Source: Planctomycetaceae bacterium (GTDB taxonomy: Bacteria > Planctomycetota > Planctomycetia > Pirellulales > Pirellulaceae). Taken from it: 64,000 bases of DNA. The notes below the pieces were generated by a model, which was not told where the DNA came from, searched no databases, and saw nothing but the letters and a program-made list of their open reading frames with translations. The position numbers and the translations under genes are program-made. Of the stretch, positions 10,313 to 18,467 are shown piece by piece (within the stretch, counting starts at the first letter, position 1; each line of letters starts with the position of its first letter). The stretch is from assembly GCA_043775635.1 (NCBI GenBank), contig JAYVSE010000111.1:11002-75001 (forward strand), written 5' to 3'.

Positions 10313-13076
10313 TGCAATTAGTATACTTTTCATATTCGGGTTTTGGATGGCGATTGGGGTTGCCGCCGAAGCCGCGCGAAAGCCCTGTTACGTGGCTCAT
10401 GACAGGTACAATCCGTACAGATCGATTGGCACGGATGGTCCAGAGTATGCCGACCTGACGCAGGGCACTCGCTTCATGCAGCAATTCGAGTTCGACCCAG
10501 CCGAGAATGTGCAGCGTGGTGAGAAGATTTTTTCAAAGCTCTATAAGGCGAACGGAGTCGTGTTCGGCTATGTCGAACAGGATCTCATGGTGATCGGCAA
10601 CCAAGCCGCTTTGGTTAGTCCCAGAATAAAAATTCATCGCAAGGTTCGACTTGCCAACTCCGAGGTGTACCTAGCGACGGAGCAGAATAGCGAAAAAACG
10701 GTCAAAATCCCCGCTTTGCCGCGTCCCGAAGTGGACGCTAAACCTCTGAACGAATATCAACTGGCGAATCTGTTCTTCGTATACAAGGAAACGCCGGAAT
10801 ACTTTCTTGTGGGCAGCAGCTTTGCGTTTACGGAGGAAACGGGCAACACGGCGGCTAATGCCGTCAAGGGCTGGATTCACAAAAGCCGGTGCATCGAATG
10901 GAACACACGTTCGGCACTGGAATGGAATTGGGAGAACGCCGATCAACGCGAATTACCCGCCGTCATGTTTTCGGCTGCTGAATCCGCTGAGAGAAACGAG
11001 TTTTCGGAAAAAAAGACGCTGGATCTGATTAAGGAGTACGCCAAGGGACTGCGCAAGACAAAAGCCGACTTTCGACTGATTTCTCAAATGCCAGAAACAG
11101 AACTTCGAACGAGTGCAGAAGCCCGATTGGCGACAATGAACCTGCAGGATTTGCAGCGATTTATCAGTGATGCTCGATCTGACAATGTTGATGCCGTGAC
11201 GACAGGAACCGAGGCCGAACTCAGGCAAAAGGCGCAAAAGACACTGAAGGGAAGAACGGTGGAACAACTGAAGCAGGATGCTGCCGAAGATCTGTTTAAC
11301 CGATATCAGGACTATATTCACGAGCCGTTTGTGTTCGAAAAGGGTCGTTGGAAGTTTCCACGTCTGCATCCGAATGAGCCGCGAATGCCCCTGCTTAAGG
11401 ATCTCAAGTTCTCCGAGAACTTCGCGAATATCCCCCAACTGCAAAGTTTCAATGGCTATACGGTGGCAGCGACGGCGGGATTTCAGGGAACAATCACCGA
11501 TTCGGAACGATTGCAACTGCAGGAAAAGGCGCGGCTCGCCTTGGCGGCGCTGCGGCGTCTCGACGTACTCCTGTTGATTGATTCCACGTCAAGCATGCGC
11601 CCATACATGGTGGCGTCACTTGGTGCGGTGGCACGGCTCGCCGACGAACTGCGAAACGATTCGTCAGTCGAGGTACGGTTCGCTCTTGCGTTCTACCGGG
11701 ACTATTCTGACAACAAAAAAAATTGGTTTACCTTCCTAGACTACACACCAATTCCGGTTGAGAACCTGAAAGTGGAGGGGACACGTCGTGCGTTTCAGCG
11801 TGTTGTTCAGGCCATGACCGAAGAGCGCAAGAACAGTAACACGACGCGAAAAAACACTGAAGACGCAATTCGCCAACTGCTGACATTGTCCCAGGATCCA
11901 TTCTTCGTAATGCTCGATCAGGCATATCGTGTGGACGCAATCGACGGTGGAAACACGGTTCCCGAGAGTGTGTTTCGCGCAGTTTCCGAATCGCTGGATC
12001 GAAAACGATCTACCGGTGACCGGATGGAATTGGCAATTGTCATCGGCGACGCCGGGGATAATGGGGATAGCGGATTGAGTCGCACTCAGCTTGCACAGAA
12101 GCTGATTGGACGTCACCAGCAGATGCCCACTGGCCTTTCCGTCATCAACGTGGCTGGCGACGACGGTCACGCATTGGAAGCGGACTTTCAAAGTATTGCT
12201 GAATCGATCAATGCGCGTTTCAACGAGAACAATGACGTGAATGCGCCCGGATATACCCAGGTGGCAGCGTGGCAGCGTGGAGAAACACCCGAGCAGACTG
12301 TCCGGGCAATCGTGAAACAGGTTGCAGACCTGAAACTGCAGTCGCAGAGTTCATTCGGGGGCGTCGTCGATATCATCAGTGGTGCATTTCGCACGGCGGT
12401 CCTGTCACAGACTGCTAAGAACATGCTGAGAGCCCAGGGCGTCAAGGTCGAGCAGTTGCGATCGATCGAGGGAGCCGAGATATTTCGGACCTCCATTGTC
12501 CCGTACGAAAAAGATTTCGTCGATGCAAACAATCCGACCGTTGTCATCAAACGCGGCTCATGTGGGGTGCGCGTCAATATAATGATGAGAGATCTCGAAG
12601 TCGATCAGCTGGTTAAAGCTCTCAAGCTGATCGTGGGCGAAGATATCCGTGGGCATCAAATCAAGGACGGTGACACTTTGCGTTCATTGCTCGTTAAGTC
12701 TGTGGAGATCGTTTCCGGAGAGGCGAATTCAAAAAAAACGTTCAGCGAAGCGATGGAGTCGTTGGGAGGGCTTCCGGTTCATTCGCCTTTGATGAGGAAG
12801 CCGGACGAATTTGAAAAACTTATGAACGATAAGAAGTCGCTGGACCGGGAGTTAGAACGGCTAACGATGGTGCGTAAGCGATTGGAGGATGTGCTCGTAA
12901 ACCGATACTCGCGACTAGAATGGAAAGACGGAAAAAACAAAGACGGCTTTCCAACTCGCGAACTCACTTATTCTGCCGATCAGCCGTTTAGTCCACCGCC
13001 GAAGACGCGTTCATTCACGTTTAGCGATGGGGTTTACAAGTACTATTGGGTGGACTACGAACACGAATACCCCTAG
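10299..13076 (+). CDS. Secreted von Willebrand factor A (vWA) domain protein with an intact MIDAS
   Basis: Overlaps the upstream gene by 14 nt, with GAGG 5 nt before the ATG. Signal peptide ISILFIFGFWMAIGVAAEA. DVLLLIDSTSSMRPYM carries DxSxS. FALAFYRDYSD and LAIVIGDAGDNGDS are typical vWA strands. Confidence 0.85.
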   Translation: MNRSNAISILFIFGFWMAIGVAAEAARKPCYVAHDRYNPYRSIGTDGPEYADLTQGTRFMQQFEFDPAENVQRGEKIFSKLYKANGVVFGYVEQDLMVIGNQAALVSPRIKIHRKVRLANSEVYLATEQNSEKTVKIPALPRPEVDAKPLNEYQLANLFFVYKETPEYFLVGSSFAFTEETGNTAANAVKGWIHKSRCIEWNTRSALEWNWENADQRELPAVMFSAAESAERNEFSEKKTLDLIKEYAKGLRKTKADFRLISQMPETELRTSAEARLATMNLQDLQRFISDARSDNVDAVTTGTEAELRQKAQKTLKGRTVEQLKQDAAEDLFNRYQDYIHEPFVFEKGRWKFPRLHPNEPRMPLLKDLKFSENFANIPQLQSFNGYTVAATAGFQGTITDSERLQLQEKARLALAALRRLDVLLLIDSTSSMRPYMVASLGAVARLADELRNDSSVEVRFALAFYRDYSDNKKNWFTFLDYTPIPVENLKVEGTRRAFQRVVQAMTEERKNSNTTRKNTEDAIRQLLTLSQDPFFVMLDQAYRVDAIDGGNTVPESVFRAVSESLDRKRSTGDRMELAIVIGDAGDNGDSGLSRTQLAQKLIGRHQQMPTGLSVINVAGDDGHALEADFQSIAESINARFNENNDVNAPGYTQVAAWQRGETPEQTVRAIVKQVADLKLQSQSSFGGVVDIISGAFRTAVLSQTAKNMLRAQGVKVEQLRSIEGAEIFRTSIVPYEKDFVDANNPTVVIKRGSCGVRVNIMMRDLEVDQLVKALKLIVGEDIRGHQIKDGDTLRSLLVKSVEIVSGEANSKKTFSEAMESLGGLPVHSPLMRKPDEFEKLMNDKKSLDRELERLTMVRKRLEDVLVNRYSRLEWKDGKNKDGFPTRELTYSADQPFSPPPKTRSFTFSDGVYKYYWVDYEHEYP

Positions 13077-13209
13077 GAGTCTGTCCGAATACCGTCGAAC
13101 GTCTGGATTTTACGGGGGATGGCGCTAAAAGACGCGTGCGGGATTGTTCATTTCTTGGCGGGGGCGGTTTGCGGGCTCGGATTGGTGGTGCTCGGGATGG
13201 GAGTCAGGG

Positions 13210-13911
13210 ATGAGTCGCACGTTTCGTGAGTGGTCTCCGGAGCAGATGTGGATGTTTCCGCCGTCGCCGCAGGACTGGTTGCCGGAAAATCATCTGGTCT
13301 ATTTTCTGATGGATGTCTCGACGCAACTGGACCTGGCGCCGATCGTGGCTTCGTATGACAGCGAGCAAGGTGGCCAGCCGCCGTATCATCCGCGGATGAT
13401 GCTGGTGCTGTTGTTGTACTCGTACTGCATCGGCGTGTTTTCGTCGCGGAAGATCGCGGCTCGGTGCGAGACCGACGTGGCCTTTCGAGTGATCGTGGGC
13501 GAGACCATTCCCGACTTCCGCACGATGAGTGAGTATCGTCGCAGGCATCTCGAACAGTTTCAGCAGTTGTTTGTCGAGGTGCTGCGGTTGTGTCAGGAAG
13601 CGGGGTTGCTGAAGGTGGGTCGCCTCGCGTTGGACAGGACGAAGGTCAAGGCGAATGCGTCGCGACACGTTTTGGTCTCAAACCGCGCCATGAGTTACGG
13701 CCGCATGACGACTGATGAGCTGCGTCTGCAAGCGGAGATCGCCGAACTGTTGAAGCAGGCTCAAACGACGGACGCGGCCGAAGACCGTGAGCATGGCCGG
13801 GATCAGCGCGGTGATGAATTGCCTGCGGAACTGGCTCGGCGCGAAAACCGGCTGGAGAAGATTCGTGAGGCCAAGGCGGCGTTGGAAAAACAGGCTCGCG
13901 AGGCCGCGTTG
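13210..13911 (+). pseudogene. IS5/IS1182-type transposase, N-terminal fragment only (DUF772-like region plus coiled coil; the DDE core is missing)
   Basis: MSRTFREWSPEQMWMFPPSPQDWLPENHLVYF...YHPRMMLVLLLYSYCIGVFSSRKIAARCETDVAFRVIVGE..PDFRTMSEYRR...LALDRTKVKANASRH...AMSYGRM...RGDELPAELARRENRLEKIREAKAALEKQARE is the conserved N-terminal half of this transposase family. It runs without a stop into the ABC ATPase. Confidence 0.75.
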
Positions 13912-14748
13912 GTGGACGCGGACTCAGACAAGGATAGCTTGGTCTTTGAATTGGACAATGTGACCTGTCGACTCGGAACCAATCTCGTGCTGGATCGCGT
14001 GTCTGCGAAGATTCGAGCGGGTTCGGTCACGTTCATCTGCGGGCATTCAGGATCGGGGAAATCCACGATGTTGAATCTGCTCGGGTTGCTTCGACCCGAA
14101 TTTGAAGGTGGTGATGTCACGCTCCGGCTGGATGGTATGGAACCTCGCCCTTATCGAAGCCTATCGATGTCGAGTCAAACGGGATTGAGAAGCGACTATT
14201 TCGGCTTTGTACTGCAGTCATCCTATTTGATGCCCTCGCTGTCGGGACGACGCAATATCGAGATGCCGCTCGTGATCCACCAGTCGAGTCAACAAAAACG
14301 GACGGAACGACTGGAACGGTTGTTGGATGCAGTGCCCGCGGACTTGCGAGAGGCGATCGACAAACCCCCGCACATGGCGTCTGGCGGACAACAACAGCGA
14401 ATGTCGGTGCTCCGAGCACTCATTCATGATCCCAGGGTCGTCCTCGCCGACGAACCGTGCGCCAATCTCGATCCCGTCAACCGAGACATGGTGATGGAGT
14501 TGATGATGGCGTGGAAGTCCGGGGCACTGTGGGCAGTGGATGATCAGAAACCCGCTCCCAACAGAACTCTCCTGATTGTTAGCCACGACTCAGAGAGCGT
14601 TGTCCGGCGCGCAGACGCTATCGCGGTCCTGCGAAACGGTCGGTTGGTGAATGGGCGAGTCCTGCAACGTGCAGAATTGCATGCCGACCCGTTTTTGGCC
14701 AGACAGCAGTTGGAACGGTTGATGGAGAACGGTGCCGTTGAGTCGTGA
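13912..14748 (+). CDS. ABC transporter ATP-binding protein (MacB/LolD-like); native start replaced by the in-frame transposase fragment
   Basis: Walker A GHSGSGKST, signature ASGGQQQR, Walker B VVLADEP, H-loop region IVSHD. It is part of the continuous ORF 13144-14748. GTG at 13912 is a possible independent start, so the start is uncertain. Confidence 0.8.
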   Translation: MDADSDKDSLVFELDNVTCRLGTNLVLDRVSAKIRAGSVTFICGHSGSGKSTMLNLLGLLRPEFEGGDVTLRLDGMEPRPYRSLSMSSQTGLRSDYFGFVLQSSYLMPSLSGRRNIEMPLVIHQSSQQKRTERLERLLDAVPADLREAIDKPPHMASGGQQQRMSVLRALIHDPRVVLADEPCANLDPVNRDMVMELMMAWKSGALWAVDDQKPAPNRTLLIVSHDSESVVRRADAIAVLRNGRLVNGRVLQRAELHADPFLARQQLERLMENGAVES

Positions 14749-14793
14749 TAGTCGTGACGAACGCTCTGATTCGGCAATTGGAACGGAGAACTC

Positions 14794-16311
14794 ATGAAAA
14801 TCCGCGATGCAATGCGCATCAGTTGGTTCGGCCTGACTGCCAGCGGTCAACGACTCATTGCTCTGGCGATGGTGGCGACGCTGATGCTGGCTTGCGCTGC
14901 ATGGTGTAGTGTCGCTGGCCTGCTGACCGGGTCCGAGAAGGTCAGTCAATATCGTATCGAAAAGCGTCCGCTGCCTTTCCGTTTGCTCTTGGGTGGAGAA
15001 CACACCCGACTTCACGAGACGGATGTCGCGGATCTGGCAAAGGCCGTCCGCGACCAATCAAATCATGGTTTGAAGGATGTTTCTCCGTTTCGCGTGCTCG
15101 CTTGGAATGTGGGGATTCCTGACTCCAGCAGCCCTCAAAATCCCAATTTCTGGTATGGGACCAAGGGCCGCACGATCAACTCCGACCACCATGGAAAGGT
15201 GCCGAGCGGGTCTCTGCACGTTCTGGTTGCGGGCCTAGAGTTGGCTGATGACCGGAGCAGCCGGATCGAGACTGGAGTATTTGTCTGCCCGAGATTGCTG
15301 TCCAAACTTCAAATCAACGACAGCAGTAAACTTGAGTCTCTGGTGATCGACCTTCAGTTGGAAAGCCGCCCGCCTGAAATTGTCAAGATACTTGGGGTTC
15401 TCAAACGTGACCCACCCGAAATGGTCTATTTTCTCTGCCCAGAACCGCTGGAGACGCAACTACTGGACCGTCCGAAGAAAGTGCGACTTCAACCGCTGGA
15501 TCCAGCTTGGTTCCCCGACCCAGACGAAGAGAAGGCGCTGCTGCAGATCGAGGAGGTTGCACGCGATGTCATGGGCATTTCCGAAGCGAACGTTGACTTC
15601 CCAGAACGACGCTGGATTTCACTAACAGGCCCAGGGCGACCACTGAACGAGTGGACTCAGGTAGGCGATCAGATCCGAAGCAAGCTGCCTGGAGCCGGGC
15701 CTCCTACGACGGGAACGATACCACTCTCGCAGGTCGTCGTAATCGACGCGGTATCATCACGCCAATATCACATGGTGAGCATGTATTTTCGGGAGGGTCG
15801 AAATCTCCCTCAGGCGGTCAGCGTGTTGGCGGATCAGCCGAAGCTGGATGGTAAGGTGGATAGAACAGTGGCAGAATTGGTAGTGCAATTGGAGAGCTTC
15901 AGTGCTGCACGACTTGCCGCATTGACAACCATGCAAGTCATCCTGGCATTCATGTGCGGCAATGCGCTTTTGATCATCCAAGTGATGCGTTGTGCTCAAC
16001 GGCGTCATGAAGCCGCCATGTTGCGCGTGATGGGAATGAGCCCTTTTAACCTCGTAATGATTGCTGCTCTCGATGGATTTTTCGTGTGGCTGGTGGGAAG
16101 CAGCCTGGGTTTGGCGTTGGGAATGATGTTCGGAGTTATTCAAGCTGCTTGCAGTTTTAGCGATCCACGCGAGGCACAACTCGGATACGACTTCAATGGC
16201 TCTGACATCGTCTTCTTGCTCTGGACCAGTTTGTTGATCACTGTCCTGAGTGCCTTGATGGCCGCCTATTTTGCCTGGCTGCGTAAAACACCAGCGGACA
16301 TGTTTGACTGA
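14794..16311 (+). CDS. FtsX/MacB-type ABC permease with a large extracytoplasmic domain
   Basis: GGAGAA RBS. Topology is TM1 (LIALAMVATLMLACAAW), about 330 aa of loop, then three C-terminal TM segments (MQVILAFMCGNALLIIQV, LVMIAALDGFFVWLVGSSLGLALGMMFGV, IVFLLWTSLLITVLSALMAAYFAW). This is typical of MacB/LolCE/FtsX. Confidence 0.75.
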   Translation: MKIRDAMRISWFGLTASGQRLIALAMVATLMLACAAWCSVAGLLTGSEKVSQYRIEKRPLPFRLLLGGEHTRLHETDVADLAKAVRDQSNHGLKDVSPFRVLAWNVGIPDSSSPQNPNFWYGTKGRTINSDHHGKVPSGSLHVLVAGLELADDRSSRIETGVFVCPRLLSKLQINDSSKLESLVIDLQLESRPPEIVKILGVLKRDPPEMVYFLCPEPLETQLLDRPKKVRLQPLDPAWFPDPDEEKALLQIEEVARDVMGISEANVDFPERRWISLTGPGRPLNEWTQVGDQIRSKLPGAGPPTTGTIPLSQVVVIDAVSSRQYHMVSMYFREGRNLPQAVSVLADQPKLDGKVDRTVAELVVQLESFSAARLAALTTMQVILAFMCGNALLIIQVMRCAQRRHEAAMLRVMGMSPFNLVMIAALDGFFVWLVGSSLGLALGMMFGVIQAACSFSDPREAQLGYDFNGSDIVFLLWTSLLITVLSALMAAYFAWLRKTPADMFD

Positions 16312-16537
16312 ATCGGAGAGGCAACTCAAGACGTTCCAGTAAGGCCAGTCGCCCTCTGACGCAGACCGCCGTCAATGCAACGACACGGAGCAAGTCCCCA
16401 GAAACTGGACGAAGACCGGCCAATTTCAGGGTACGGGTGGAATGTTTGAATTGTCGTGACGGGGGGCTTGCACACGGTGCGGGGCGATGGGTATTCTGCG
16501 CCGAGTTTGTTCCGGGCTCTCAATCTAAGGTGACACC

Positions 16538-18184
16538 ATGCTACGTCTCGCCCCCTTTGCTGCACTGATATTGCTCCTCACAATCTGTGTTCCGGAGGCC
16601 CATGCGTTGGAAGCGGATCAGCTCTTGAGGAACACCAGCAAGTCGAACTCAACGTCCGAGGTTGCTCTCAGTGCAGCTCATTCTGCGCTCCGTAATTCCG
16701 ATTACGCTGGTGCATTGGCCGGACTAACGAAACAATTGGAATTGTCGCCGAAGGATGCCCGCTTGTGGTGTCTTGTCGCATATTGTCACGACCAACTTGG
16801 TGATTCTCCTCGGACCATTGCCGCGTCGCAGATCGCAGCAGTGCTCCGGAAGCGCAATGAGGATGGTGAACCTGCCCTTTATCGCAGCTTGGAGCGGATT
16901 CAAGGCCCTTTTCGAATTCGATTGGAGCAGTCCAAGCGAGTTGTGGATCAGAGCAAGGACTCTGACGCGGATTTGGTGCGGAAGTCGCTCGGCGCATTGA
17001 ATGTGGATTTGGTGAAATCGCCCGTTGAGATTGCCCCCATCGTTGAGGCCGTCCCCATTGTTGAGACCACGCCCTTTGTCGTGTCAGTCCCAACTGTTGA
17101 CACCAAGGCGAATGAGGTCGTCCCCACCGTTGAGGCTACCCCTGTCGTTGAAACCACCCCCTTTGTCGCGTCTGTCCTACCTATTGAGACCCCGGCGGAT
17201 GAGGTCGCGCCCGCTGACGCGGGGCTAGTGCTGGTGCTGTTAGAAAGTTCTGCTGTTAGCGTGCTTGGCGATGACACTGCGGCAACGAAAGCCGTTGAGG
17301 ACGTTAAGGCGGATGCAGCAGCGGATGCTAAAGATGTCGTGAGTCAGGAGGCGGTACGAAAAGGGGTCGCAGAATATCTGACCGAGACCATCAAAGATGA
17401 GGTGTTGCAGGGAATTGTAGATCGCCTGTGGAATGCCAATGATGGAAAAGACATCAATCGACTCGGCGAAGGGAAAGAAGAAAAAGCCAAGGCCGAGGGG
17501 TTAGCGAGGGAAATCAGCAAGGGGATTTCGTTGACTCTTGATCCTGCCCCTAGCCTCTCATGGACAGTTAAGGGCTTCTCGCCCATCAACGAGTTGCCTC
17601 GGTTCATGGACAACGCATACTTCAACCGGTTCGGGAAGGATACTCCGCAAGAGGTCAAGGACGCTCTCAAGAAATCCTTGCGGATCATTCCTCCACCTGC
17701 TCCCGCTGAGGCGGTGATCAACGCGTCCTCGACCGCATACGCGGGCGACGCTGTCTCTTTCGATGGAAGCAAGTCGACAGCGGAAGGATCTAAAATCGGA
17801 AAATACGAGTGGGACTTCGACTATGACGGTTCCACCTTCAACGTCGATGCGGAAGGCCCGACCGGCTCCCATACTTATGACACTGCAAAAGTCTGGACGG
17901 TTGCTTTGAGAATCACCGTTGATGGAGCGCCCCACCTGAAGACAGCTCAGGTGACGGTGGAGAACAAGCCATCAACAGTAGTCGTGGCCGTTCCCTGTCA
18001 GAGCCAACCTTGCTGCGCTGAATGCGCGGAGAGCCCAAAACCAGTCTGTGTTGCGGTTTCCTGCGTGTGCTGTTGCCGTTGTATTAACGTGAGATGCAAG
18101 CCGACTCGTGCTTGTTGCGACTCGTTGCTTCGATGTGGACCTCGCAGGGGATTCCGCAAGTTGTTGCGTTGCTTCTGCCAATAG
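16538..18184 (+). CDS. Secreted protein: TPR-like N-terminus, P-x-V-E tandem repeats, PKD domain, Cys-rich C-terminal tail
   Basis: Signal peptide LAPFAALILLLTICVPEAHA. The TPR-like segment is YAGALAGLTKQLELSPKDARLWCLVAYCH. The PKD-like segment is YEWDFDYDGSTFNVDAEGPTGSHTYDTAKVWTVALRITVDG. The last 64 aa contain 16 Cys. Confidence 0.75.
   Translation: MLRLAPFAALILLLTICVPEAHALEADQLLRNTSKSNSTSEVALSAAHSALRNSDYAGALAGLTKQLELSPKDARLWCLVAYCHDQLGDSPRTIAASQIAAVLRKRNEDGEPALYRSLERIQGPFRIRLEQSKRVVDQSKDSDADLVRKSLGALNVDLVKSPVEIAPIVEAVPIVETTPFVVSVPTVDTKANEVVPTVEATPVVETTPFVASVLPIETPADEVAPADAGLVLVLLESSAVSVLGDDTAATKAVEDVKADAAADAKDVVSQEAVRKGVAEYLTETIKDEVLQGIVDRLWNANDGKDINRLGEGKEEKAKAEGLAREISKGISLTLDPAPSLSWTVKGFSPINELPRFMDNAYFNRFGKDTPQEVKDALKKSLRIIPPPAPAEAVINASSTAYAGDAVSFDGSKSTAEGSKIGKYEWDFDYDGSTFNVDAEGPTGSHTYDTAKVWTVALRITVDGAPHLKTAQVTVENKPSTVVVAVPCQSQPCCAECAESPKPVCVAVSCVCCCRCINVRCKPTRACCDSLLRCGPRRGFRKLLRCFCQ
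17034..17207 (+). repeat. Tandem 87-nt (29-aa) duplication inside the secreted-protein gene
   Basis: Unit 1 (17034-17120) encodes PIVEAVPIVETTPFVVSVPTVDTKANEVV. Unit 2 (17121-17207) encodes PTVEATPVVETTPFVASVLPIETPADEVA. Both units end in (a/g)atgaggtcg. Confidence 0.8.
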
Positions 18185-18467
18185 ACTTGTCCGTGCAACA
18201 CTCACGTGAGATTTTGAAAATTCGTTGACATTAAGTCTACCGTCCATGAACGCCGGTGCGGCACGCAAAGAAGCCCCGAGCGTCGTGCTCCTGAGCGCCC
18301 GAGACAAACCGAGTGAAGTGGCAACACCACCAGCAAGGAGATTCAGTCGCTCACGGACACGTTGTGGCAATTCGTGGAAATACACCGAACTTGACGGCTC
18401 GTCGGAGTCATGACGCGGCGCTTCTCTCGTCGTCGCTTCAAACGATTCTGGACAGAGTGGGTGAAAC

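Noticed and set aside
18261-18290. ~30-nt similarity (25/30 by my alignment) between 18261-18290 and 21901-21930, considered as attL/attR of a small element bounded by the integrase
   Set aside because: The copy at 21914-21935 is a clean 8-bp hairpin (ccccgagc-gtcat-gctcgggg) sitting between two co-oriented genes, so it looks like an intra-operon terminator or attenuator. The 18.27-kb copy is degenerate, and the interval does not form a sensible element. A real repeat search is needed before any att claim.
18185-18467. tRNA or tmRNA integration target next to the integrases (also checked 50376-50560, 33348-33981, 16312-16537)
   Set aside because: I found no cloverleaf-compatible segment (no GTTCRANYC T-loop with matching stems) by eye. 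tRNAscan/ARAGORN should confirm this.
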